Positions 28,920 to 40,680 of a stretch of 64,000 nucleotides of DNA are shown here, piece by piece. Source of the DNA: Podarcis vaucheri (Eukaryota). Every line of letters begins with the position of its first letter. Position 1 is the stretch's first letter. The notes under the pieces are model-generated. The model made no database searches. It was not told the origin of the DNA and saw only the letters and a program-made list of their open reading frames with translations. The stretch lies in NCBI GenBank assembly GCA_965113315.1, contig OZ220373.1. The stretch is one strand, 5' to 3'. The position numbers and the translations under genes were made by a program.

Positions 28920-31594
28920 TATAGCCCAATGCGGTCCCCTCCAGATGTTATGGAACTACGACTCCTATAAGATCATATTATTGGCTCTCATTGGAACCAA
29001 TGGGAGTTTTAGTCCAAAACATCTGGATGGCACCAAGTTGGGAAAGGCTAGCATTTAACATTGCCATTTACATCAGATTGTCTGTGTTGGATTGAGGAAA
29101 AAACACAAGCTTTAATCCCATTGACTAAATTTTAAGTGAAGGTAGCTAGCTTCAGTATAAATGTGCATGGGAGCACAAGCCCAGGCCCCACTCAATAGAA
29201 GGAGCAGGAGAATTGCCAAGTGCAGCAGGGCACATGAAGAAAAGACATGTGGTCATCTCAAGAGTCCAGGGGTCCTGTAGAAACATTATGTCCAGAATCT
29301 AAAATTACCTGACTCAGCCACTAGGCTAAACAAAGCAACACTCTCTTAGTACTGCTGCTCTTCTGGAAAACTCTGCTTAGAATACCACTGGTTTTTAGCA
29401 AGTGTGGGGGTTTTTTAAAAAAAAAAATCTCAGAAGACCTTTGAATGACAGGTTGGTGGATTGAATTCTACTGCTATTTCCTGTTCAATGAAATAAGCTT
29501 TAAAGGAACACTGTTGTTTAAAAATATTAAGGATCCCTGACATCCATGTGTGATCTGAACTAATCAGAGGGCATCAGAATACTGAATTCTGCACCCACTG
29601 TAAAACTCTCTCCTTGAATAGCACAATTGCAAAACACACACTCATATGATTAGGAGAGATTAGTCATATGATTAGGAGAGATCTTTTTGATGGGGATTAC
29701 TTGTTAAGACAAAGGGAGAGAATTCCTGCTATTATATCCAGAGAGTATAAGCAAGTTCTGCCATTCCTTCCTACCAGTTGATTGGCATATAGAATAAATG
29801 CAGCATTGTGCTGAAGAATTAGCTTATCATTCCATGGCATATTTGAAAGGATGAGTTGCATTTGGTAGATTTTTTCCCCAGCCTTCCTGTCAAAACCTAT
29901 CAATGTGTTTACATAAAAATGAACTGGTGCCTGCTGTTAATCATGAACACTTTGGCAGCCCAATGAAAGTCTCCCTCCAAATGCAAAGCCAAAATGTACC
30001 AGAATAAGCTTAATGACAAATGGACAATATATAGCCTGCTCCCGTTTTTATGTATCTTCTTCTTCTTCTTGCTTTCCAGCCCATAACACATGAGTAGGTA
30101 ATATATAGCCTGTCCACTGAGAAAATGGAGCACTTATGCTCAGTGGAAGGCTCTTACAGAGAACATAGGCACTGCCTTATACAAATCAGACCAGTGGTCT
30201 GCCTAGATTAGTTTTGCATATTCTCTCCAGCATTTCAAGCAATAATATTTTTCAGCTCTACCTTCAGATGCTGGGACTGAGACATTTCTGCATGCAATTC
30301 ATGCACTCTACCACTGAGCTATGGCCTGTCCTCAGGTGTTGTGGCCATCATCCATGCTGTGAAACACAGCATGTATGACACACTTTTTAGAGTATTATAA
30401 TGTTGCTATGCTATGTTTGCCAATGTGCATGATGTCTAAAAGAGCCACTAACCCCACAGCCACAACAAACAAGGTTCACTCAGTTCTGGGAAGCAGCCTG
30501 CTAGGCAATGTTGCCCATCCTTGCACCAAAACCTAAGGGCCACATTGTTTAATTTCAATTTCAATAATTTCCATCCTATACCCAGATGTACCTCGAGGTG
30601 GTTCACAATAAACAATTGCAAACCATGAAATATAAAGTTGCAAATATAAACAAGCAATTAAGATAATGTTCACTGGAATAAACGTTATCTATGCATGCAA
30701 GCAGTAAATAAAAGATAATATGGAGGGAGGAACCAGATATGCCATATTGATGTCCTTGGTGGGAAATGTGGCGTAATAATGAATTGTGTTCAGAATAACT
30801 GCGTGGAAACAAATTATATTATAATGTTGGGATACATTAGCCATTAAAAAAAAGCATTGCAGGACAAAAGCAATTCCTGAATTGTAGAAACATTTGGGCA
30901 GTTTATGGAAGGCATTTTTAATAGAAACAGGGGTTTAAAAAAGGTTTTGATAACAAACTGCCCCATCCGCAAACAAGATCTGCTGCATCAGTAGTCCATC
31001 ACAAGCTATTTCATTATACCAAAAATTCACGATTCTTCTCATGATCCTGGAGAACAATAATTTCCACAATAAAAGTTGGCATTGGCCGAAACACCTTTCA
31101 AGTGTAATCGATACACTTCATATACATTATTTTAATTAACATGTGAAAACATTTAGGGGCTGAAGTAAAAGCTTGCCCCTTTTCAACCTCTGCAATGTCA
31201 ATAGACCAGGCTTCTGCTTCTCGTGAATTTTTTGTTTTCACTTGAAGGATGCTCTCTCGCAAAAGGGAAATGCACCGACACATGCACAAACTCAGGAATT
31301 TCAACTCATCAGTATTCAAGTGTATCTTTAGCAATGAACACCACTCATAGCTAATGTGAAATCGGGGCCTATCTAAATAACAGTCAAGGGCTTAACAAAC
31401 ACCAAGTAATTAATGCTGTTACGTTCACTATACTGTGAAGTGTTACATAACCCCAAGTGACATTATATTAATACAGAACACATTAGTGAAGGGCACACAC
31501 ACACACACCACAAGCAGGAAGGTTTTCAGATCAATTTCCTATAGTTTACTTCCTTCCTAAAGCCAAATCTTTACACTTGAAGTTCCAATTAGAA

Positions 31595-31730
31595 CAGGCA
31601 CCCCCAGACTCGGTCCTCCAGATGTTTTAGGACTACAGTTCCCATCATCCCTGACCACTGGTCCTGTTAGCTAGGGATGATGGAAGTTGTAGTCCCAAAA
31701 CATCTGGAGGGCCAAGTTTGGGGGTGCCTG
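31595..31730. mobile_element. Palindromic hAT MITE (URR1-like, 136 bp)
   Basis: Whole-length inverted repeat CAGGCACCCCCA...TGGGGGTGCCTG with a perfect 8-bp TSD AATTAGAA. Confidence 0.88.
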
Positions 31731-32999
31731 AATTAGAACAATTGAGCCACTTTCCTATCCCTACCAAATTGTTTTATGCTGGAGAGAACTGTCTTTCACA
31801 CCTTACTTTAATAATAAAAAGTACATTTATATAGCACTTTAAGGTATTCACAGCATTTCACATACATTCTTCCACAAGCAGTAACATTTGTCCCTTTTAC
31901 AATATAATGCTATTATGCATGTCGACCTAGAAGCAATCTCCATTGAGTTCAACGGGACTTACTTCTGCATGAATGTGTATACAATGTGGGGCTGCAGAGT
32001 GAGAGGAATTGCTGGCAATTGCTTTCCACCCTATTCCGCTGACAGAAACCTTGCCATTAGCTGAGCAACATCTATGGATGCAACCCAGTGCTGACAATTT
32101 TAAGTTAATGGGATTATTATTATTATTAATTTAACTTGGCTGCATTCAACACTTCCTGTTCTCAATAAATGCTGCGGAAAGATTGCCAACTCGCACATCT
32201 TATGGTGTGGGCCATGTATCTGCATGCAAAGAAGCTTTGTCAAGCTCCGAGCCAAAGCTTGCCGCTTCATGACTATTGCAGAGTGGGAAAGGAGATGTCT
32301 CATCGCTAAGCAATTTTCTGCTTTTAAAAACGTGCATTTTAAAGGAATGTAGGCTTATTATTTGCAAGGCCATGTATAGAGAAAAAGAACTGGTAAAATG
32401 TCAACTTTGTTCATCGGCACTGACATTCAAATTATTTCTGGGGGTTTGTAGATACTACACTGTCCTTCAATATTGATCAAATTATTTCACATCTCAATGC
32501 AATATGGTATTTCATGGCATGCTGTAGGGGAGTACTTTTAACTCTCAAATCTCTTGTGTTGCATTTTCTCTAGGTTTGGACTTCAGCAGTTCATCTGCGG
32601 TCCCTGCAACAAAATTCAATATGTGCCCAGACGTGTGCAGATACAACCCTGTTACCTGCCGTAGAGTCACACAGGGGGAGGGGGGAACCAGATTTTTGGC
32701 ACATTTTGCCTTTTGGTTGCCCAAATATTCTCTATCTCTCTCACACATATGCACAACCAAATCATCTTAAAGAAAATGTCACCAAATGTCTATCTCCCTT
32801 CTATTTGGTCTAGAGTGAAATTACTCCTTAGCCAACAGGCTGCAGGCAGAAGCACATTAAATGCCTGAATGACTCTGGTATAGAATTCAGCCACCACTTT
32901 TTCATTTCCTGGTCCATTCCCATGGCTCTTGCAGAAGCTGTGATACATAGAAAATAAAGCCAGGCATAGCACATAACATGTGTGTCTTGGACTCTGCAG

Positions 33000-33448
33000 T
33001 AGGGCTGGGCGATGTATTGATACATCGTCCAAAATAAGTTTGAAGTCCACATCGTGATAACGGTTTCATAATATTTGGCATAGTGATATATCGCGAAGCA
33101 CAATGTGTATGTGCTTTGTAAAAAAAAACACAATATGGGGAAAACTCTGAAGCCAGTCATTACTTCTCTCGTGATTCCTGCTGCTCCTGTTGCTCTGTCC
33201 TATAAATTAACAGCTGTGACAATATGTAACAGTAAAATGTATGTACAATATGTAACAACAGTTGTGACAATATGTAACAGTAAAAATGAATCCGTTTTAG
33301 ACCCCTAAGTAGTAGCAGTTGCCAGGATATTATGCTGTTCACCTCTACAGTTACATCCCATGATATAGAGGTTGTGATATACCAGTATATTGACATGTTT
33401 ACCTGGTGATATATCACAATGTTGAAAACCAAATATCACCCAGCCCTA
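33000..33448. mobile_element. Non-autonomous hAT element
   Basis: TIR TAGGGCTGGGCGAT/ATCACCCAGCCCTA; 8-bp flanks CTCTGCAG/CTCTGGAA; internal tandem gtgacaatatgtaacag repeats. Confidence 0.8.
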
Positions 33449-33859
33449 CTCTGGAATCTGAGCCACTACTTGAGTACAAACTGTAGCTGAGAAGCTGCTT
33501 TCAGATATCAAACAAGTTTTCAATGTGCACATTTGCACAGATCATCACCACCCAAGTATACTCTCACTCTTCAAATCTTCATTTCTTCCCTCCTCCTCAA
33601 CTTCAGTGACACTCTTTGTTTCTTAAAGCCTTGTATCCCATAGGCTAAATCACTGGGAAACTGATTTAAAGGCACCATTCAAACAAGGATGTGGAACCAG
33701 AGTATGATTCTGGTCTGTTGCTCTAGTTTGGATGGAGCCTTTAAATCACAGTTTCTCAGTATGAACTTCTGTGGTTTAAGACACTGCATGAGCTGCCCTG
33801 GATCATGGCACAGGGAGGGATGGGCAAGAAGGGTGACCATTCATTGACCATACATTCCC

Positions 33860-35087
33860 TTTATATATATATATAATAATATTTATTAGTTTTCCAACAA
33901 ATTGAACACAACACTACAAAAAACCAAAAAAAGAAAAAACACACAACAATACAATACAATACAATACAATACAATACAATACAAAAAAACCACTGCCAAA
34001 CACTAAGATACAACTAACAAAACAAAACAAAAACCATTTAAAATACAGTCCAATTTCAATATCTTATCTTTCTTTCACTAATTTCCACGACCTCCTCACA
34101 CCTCCACTTCTATTAATTGTTTCAGCAATTCCTTTCCATCTTCCTCTGTTTTCTATCCTATAATTGTCTTAACACGTTCTAACCTTATTTTTCTCTTTAA
34201 TGCTCTATTAATACTTAATTCCTTATAACATTTCTACTAAAACCATATAACTTCATTCCAACATTTTTCTAACATTCATTAATTTTACAATATTCCTGTA
34301 AATAGTCTTTAAACTTTTTCCAGTCTTCTTCCACCGACTCCTCTCCCTGGTCTCGGATTCTGCCAGTCATTTCCACCAATTCCATGTAGTCCATCAACTT
34401 CATCTGCCATTCTTCCCTGGTGGGTAAATCTTGTGTCTTCCAATACTTCGCGATGAGTATTCTTGCTGCTGTTGTTGCATACATAAAAAAAGCTCTATCC
34501 TTCTTTAACACCAATTGACCGACCATGCCCAGGAGAAAGGCCTCTGGTTTCTTCAGAAAGGTATATTTAAATACCTTTTTCATTTCATTATAAATCATCT
34601 CCCAGAATGTCTTAATCCTTGGGCATGTCCACCAAAGGTGAAAGAATGTACCTTCAGTCTCCTTACATTTCCAACATTTATTATCGGGCAAATGGTAGAT
34701 TTTTTCAAGCTTAACTGGTGTCATGTACCACCTATAAATCATTTTCATTAAATTTTCTCTTAGAGCATTACATGCTGTAAATTTCATACCTGTGGTCCAT
34801 AACTGTTCCTAGTCAGCCATCATTATGTTATGTCCAACATCTTGTGCCCATTTAATCATAGCTGATTTCACCGTTTCATCCTGAATGTTCCATCTCAACA
34901 GCAAGTTATACATTCTTGAAAAATTCTTAGTTTTTGGATCTAACAATTCTGTTTCCAATTTTGATTTTTCCACCTGGAAACCAACTTTTTTGTCCAATTT
35001 ATATGCCTCCATTATTTGGTAATAATGGAGCCAATCTCGCACTTTATTTTTCAATTTTTCAAAGCTCTGCAATTTTATTCTGTCTCC
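33860..35087 (-). mobile_element. 5'-truncated L1/Tx1-clade LINE (ORF2 C-terminus plus 3'UTR)
   Basis: ORFs 35090-34809 and 34787-34269 are one frame split by a single TAG. Contains the CCHC motif CWKCKETEGTFFHLWWTCP. 18-bp TSD CATTGACCATACATTCCC (33842-33859 and 35088-35105). AATAAA and an A/TA-rich tail. Confidence 0.9.
33945..33983. repeat. (CAATA)n microsatellite in the L1 3'UTR
   Basis: Read directly from the sequence. Confidence 0.9.
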
Positions 35088-38000
35088 CATTGACCATACA
35101 TTCCCAGGTCAATGAGCCATGCTTTATCAGACTAGGACTGTGACATTGAAACCAGGCACCTGTGTGTAATTTCCACTATGGGCATTTCTATTTAAGGATA
35201 ATCAAAGGATAAAAACAAATCAAAATCACCTGGACGTCTGTCAATTCTTTCCTTCAGTGCACTCCATGAAGTACAGATTATGGCACTCAGCAGTTATCCA
35301 TTTAACCTTGCAAGCTTTAGCATTACAAATACCATTATTGCCAATGCATTTAGCTTCCATTTAAGAATATTTATCCCTAAAGCAAAGTACTAAAGTCTCA
35401 GATATGCAAATGCTTCCATTAATTTTTGTCTTTTAAAAGTGAGCAAGTGGAATCAGAACTGCGGAAGCAGCTCATCGCTAATCATTTATAACATAATTTT
35501 GAGTGCAGAATCAACCTTCACTGGCCGTGTGCCACACTTAAAAAAAATCAAAATCAAAATGTAATTTCTTAGTAGCTACATGCACATTAATATTTTTCCC
35601 CTTCTTCATGAATTTGCTCTTCATTAGCACCATCAAGCATTATTTAATGCCTGAAACTTGCTTGGGCAAAAGGGTACAACTCCGTGTTTGCTTCAGTTCT
35701 GTGAGAAGAGAGTGAAGAAGATGAAGCAAAGTTAAATCAGATCAAGCACAAAATGCATGGGCAAATAATGGATGTTTGCATAAGGAAAGTGACACCAGAA
35801 TTTGATTTGCCAATTTATAAAACACCATTAAGAAGCAGAAAGCACTACGCACTCCATTATTACATCTGATTAGAGTCGCAGTTTGCGACGTGGTAATTTT
35901 TACAGCTCAGAGCTAAATATTTAAGAGCCATGTTATCAGACATTTGAGGGGGAGAACTGACAGACAGATCCAATGCTCATGAACGGTCCCAGAAGAGCCT
36001 GCGGTCACGAGCCACTGCCCCATCGAGTCCAGCATCCTGTTCTCACAGTGGCCATTTGCCTGTGGGAAAGCCAAAGGCAGGATCTGAGCACAATAACATA
36101 TTCCCCTCTGTGGGTTCCAGAGAAGGGACCATGAGGGTCATCTAGTCCAACCCTGTGCAATGCACAAATCTTTCGCCTAACGTGGGGTTCGAACCCACGA
36201 ACCTGAGATTAAGAGTCTCATGCTCTGGGGACTGAGCTATGCCTCAAGCAACTAACTATACAATCACGTTTATAGCCATCTGCCCTACACCCCCTCCCAA
36301 AATTAATCCCCTCTTCAAGCAAAAAGAGGCTTCTAAATATCAATAATTCAAATATGTATATATACACCAGGAACAAAGCGGAATTATTTCACACAATCCT
36401 GTTCCACCAGCACAACCTATACGTATTTTGGAAATGCATTCCGCTCTGCCGTCTGCACTCTCTGAAACCCTTTGAGCAAAAATTCTCTCTGATCCCTGAG
36501 AGTTCAAAGTATACCTAGTTCCTTAATGACTTTGCACAGCACTGCCACAGCTGTTCCTTTGCTTCAGACGCACAAAGAACAGGTTAAAGGTGGCCGTGGA
36601 AAGTGTTTCCCTTAAAGTAAGTTGCCCATAGCTGCCGCTAACTGATAAGCTGCTCTTAAAATAAGCACTTGGCGAACCTTAGGTCACCGGCACTAGTGAC
36701 CCAATACGTCTCTTCCTTTTTATTATGTTGATAAACAACTTTATCCTCAGTAGTTAAAACTTCCCTTTTCTACATCTTGGCATATGAAGTTGCTGCACTT
36801 TAAATCAAATTTGTATTTCAAGTCTCTTGTCTCTGCAGACAGTTTTCTTATCGTTATCATCATCACTGTTAAAAATGCTTCTATCAAAACAGTACGTCAA
36901 GCGCACAGAGAGAAAACAGGGGACGCTAATAAGGACCTTTTTGCAGGTAACAGTGCAAATAACGCTGAAATTAAAACGAAGGGGGAATGGTAGGTTGCAT
37001 TCCATATTTGGCAAACAGTTATCCAATGAGTCAAGGGGAAACTGTGGCCTTCCAGATGTGGTTGGACTCAGCCTCCCATCAGTCCCAGAACGATGTGAGG
37101 GTTGGAGACCAACAACATCTGGAAGGCCGCAGATTCCCCATCCTACACCAGGCATTCAGAAAAAATGCAGCTATTCTGCCAGCTGTCCACCTTCATCGCT
37201 TAGGAAAGGAGCTGCGTCAGGTTTGTTTTGGCAGAGCCAATCTGGTTTAGTGGTTAGAGCATTGGGCCCTTAGGATTCCTGTTCAGCCATGAAGCTCACT
37301 GGGTGATCTTGGTCCAATCGCTGCCCCTCAGCCTCGCCTATTCATAGGGTTGTTGGGGGGGGGAATGAGGAGTGAGGGAACCACAGATGCCATCTTGACC
37401 TCCTTGGAGGAAAGATAGGGTGTAATACAATTAAGTAGAACAAATTAAATGTAGGTGGCAGCCAACATGGTAACCTCCAAGTGGATTTGGGACTCCATCT
37501 CCCATCCTCTGTGACCATTAGCCAAACTGGTCAAGGCTGCTGAGAGCTGAAGTCCAACAACATATGCAGAGAACCATGTGGACTACCCCAACTTCCTCTT
37601 AATATTTAGGAACTTGTCACATACAGAACCTGCAATTCTTGTTCATTTAACTTCTCTCCCCACCGCCGCCGCCCCCCAAGACACTTCTGATAACTATTAT
37701 CAGAAGCTGGGGACAATTACAGTGGCAGCCTCAAACGACACTTGCAAGATATATTGCTTCCCAATCAGGATGTTGCTTCTAATTTGTACTTACGATTTTT
37801 CAAAGGCATTTCAGCTACCTTGCAACATCCACAGATTTTCAGTTAAGTGCTCATATTTAGCGGCTTTCCCCCCAAGTAATAATACCTTTATTGTCAATGT
37901 ACAACCTGTGTACAATGAAATTAACCGAGTACAATATTCTTTTAGCCACTTTGCATATTTCTGGTTTACTGAGCAGAGCTAGTTATCTACATTTATTTAT

Positions 38001-38764
38001 TTGGGGTCCCCCCCCCTTTCTACAGCCTGAGCAGCACACTTGGCACTGAAAACAAAATCTAAAAACAGGTCCGTGGCCAAAAATGGCTCCTATTTTATGT
38101 AAGACAGGGGCAGACAAAAGGAGATGAACGCTGAGAGGGAGAATTAAAGGCATTTTTATAACACGTATCAGAAAGTATCGCCAAAATGAAAGGAATACAA
38201 ATGCATCACATTTATTTCAGCAGCAGTGCCACGTTCGAATCTCAGAATGGTCTAACAGACATAGATTATTTGCTTCGCTGCTACGCTCCTTTTCTTCTGT
38301 ATCAAAACGAGGACAGCACTTTAAGTGTGTGTTTAAAAGATGAGCAACTGGTGCACCTCCGCTACTGAATATGGCTTTAGCAGACTTTAAACCAGAAATA
38401 TCAAACACACTTAAATGTCAGATTTGCAGGACCACTGAACAAAACGGAAGGATAGATTGTATCTTGGAGACATGGAAGGATTTTTCTTTCTTTCTTATAA
38501 ATCATTAAGCCTGAAACAAAGCCCAACAGTCAAGACCGTTAAATAAAATTAATAAGGTTTAAAATTAAGTAGAGTTTTAGCAGAGGGTCCCTCTAGGGAC
38601 TTTTCATCTGACCACATTCCATTTTTCCTCTTTCTGCAGGACTCTCCACTTGAGCAACTCCAACTCATTAGAGCCACAGGCAGAAAAGCCAGAAAACCTG
38701 GGAGACCTGAGTTCAAATGCCTGTTCTGCCATGAAACTCACTGGCAACCCAGTCAGATGGGTGG

Positions 38765-38766
<2 letters not shown>

Positions 38767-38806
<40 letters not shown>
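38767..38806. repeat. (TAA)n microsatellite (tail of a short L2-type insert)
   Basis: Read directly from the sequence. Confidence 0.9.
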
Positions 38807-38807
<1 letters not shown>

Positions 38808-39022
38808 TGATGCTGTTACTGGGTGACCCTGGTCCGGTCAGTGTCTCAGTCTTACCTCCTTCACAGGGTAGTTGTGAGCATAAAATGGAGAAGAGAACTA
38901 TGTATGTCACCTTCAAAGCTTTGGAGGAAAGGTGCTGTATAAATGCACTACGTTGGAGGTATGCGATGTTAGGATTTGTCCCTCAATTCACCTATTCCCA
39001 TCATCTCCTCCTTGCAGCCTTA

Positions 39023-39378
39023 AAGGTAAAGGTAAAGGGACCCCTGACCATTAGGTCCAGTTACGGACAACTCTGGGGTTGCGGCGCTCATCTCGCTTTA
39101 TTGGCCGAGGGAGCCGGCGTACAGCTTCTGGGTCATGTGGCCAGCATGACTAAGCCACTTCTGGTGAACCAGAGCAGCACACAGAAACACTGTTTACCTT
39201 CTCACCAGAGCAGTACCTATTTATCTACTTGCACTTTGATGTGCTTTCGAACTACTAGGTTGGCAGGAGCAGGGACCGAGCTAAGGGAGCTCACCCCGTT
39301 GTGGGGATTCGAACCGCCAACCTTCTGATCAGCAAGTCCAAGGCTATGTGGTTTAACCCACAGCACCACCAGCAGCCC
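39023..39378 (-). mobile_element. Sauria (POM-type) SINE, full length
   Basis: tRNA-like head (B box ggttcgaatccc on the minus strand), (ACCTTT)n tail and a ~13-bp TSD ccttgcagcctta/ccttccagcctta. Confidence 0.88.
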
Positions 39379-39743
39379 TTCCCTTCCAGCCTTATATCCT
39401 ACAAATAAAGGACCAACTGCGCTAGCCTTCACCAAATCGTTTGTATTTGCTCTACTCTATTTGTTCAAGTACTGTACACTATATTTTAAATAACAGCTGA
39501 ACCAAAACAAAGGATGCGAGTTAAATACATAGGCTGAAATAATCACATCACAGCAATCAAAGTCCTAAACATGATGCAGTATTATGCAGAGATATGCATA
39601 ACTTGAATTTTCCAAGTTTGCTTATTAAGACAGAAAAGTCTCTAGAATTCTAACTAACTAATTTAAATTCCCTGATTGGCAGCTAACAAGTCTGTCAGTG
39701 GATTGACAAGCAGGGTGCGTTTCATCACCACAAGAAGGGAAAG

Positions 39744-39993
39744 CATGGGTAGGCAAACTAAGGCCCGGGGGCTGGATTCGGCCAAGTCACCTTCTAAATC
39801 TGGCCTGCGGACAGTCCGGGAATCAGAGTGTTTTTACATGAGTAGAGTGTGTCCTTTTATTTAAAATGCATCTCTGGGTTATTTGTGGGGCATAGGAATT
39901 TTTTTCCTTTCCTTTTCAAAATATAGTCCAGCTCCCCATAACGTCTGAGGGACAGTGGACCGGCCCCCGGCTGAAAAAGTTTGCTGACCCCTG
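39744..39993. mobile_element. hAT/Charlie-like MITE
   Basis: TIR CATGGGTAGGCAAACT/AGTTTGCTGACCCCTG; TSD not recognisable. Confidence 0.7.
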
Positions 39994-40119
39994 GCATAGA
40001 ACATCAGAATACTGCAGATGATAACAACGTGGGACCAGTTTACCTGAGAGATCGCCTTACACCTATATGCCACGTGACCACTTTAATCTGCAGAACTGGC
40101 ACAGTTACAGGTGCCAAAT

Positions 40120-40680
40120 AATACCTGCATTTATAAGAAATCGGCACTTTGGAACTCCCTGGTCACTGATATCAGGCAGGCATCGCTGCTGTACTCTTTT
40201 CAGCACCTGCTAAAAACATTCCTGTTAGGAGAACCCTACCCAGACATGCAGAATGTTGATGTGCATTTCAATCTGCTTTTAGTTTATTTTTGGTTTTATT
40301 TTTTATTTTAAAAATTGTTTTAAATACAGTGGTACCTCGAGTTACAGACATTTCAGGTTACAGACGCTTCAGGTTACAGACTCCGCCAACCCAGAAATTG
40401 TACCTCGGGTTAAGAACTTTGCTTCAGGATGAGAACAGAAATCGTGCAGCGGCAGCGGGAGGCCCCATTAGCTAAAGTGGTGCTTCAGGTTAAGAACAGT
40501 TTCAGGTTAAGAACGGACCTCCAGAACGAATTAAGTTCTTAACCAGAGGTGCCACTGTAGTTGTTTTAAACTGTTTTACTGATAAATTTATTGTTTCTTT
40601 CTCTTTGCGAACCATTTTGAAGTTTTGTTGTTTTACCATCAGTGTATTAATTTTATGAAGTAAACAAGTAAAATAAACAA
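40120..40680 (+). mobile_element. L2 LINE 3' fragment interrupted by a MITE
   Basis: LWNSLVTDIRQASLLYSFQHLLKTFL-type remnant followed by a T-rich 3'UTR. A related copy lies at ~59450-59695. Confidence 0.6.
40327..40557. mobile_element. Tc1/mariner-type MITE, family A, orientation 1
   Basis: Same TIRs and TA TSD; nested in an L2 fragment. Confidence 0.88.

Noticed and set aside
36170-36242. tRNA-like sequences (also near 25290-25345, 14180-14250 and 39290-39378)
   Set aside because: They are SINE heads joined to LINE-derived tails, not intact tRNA genes.
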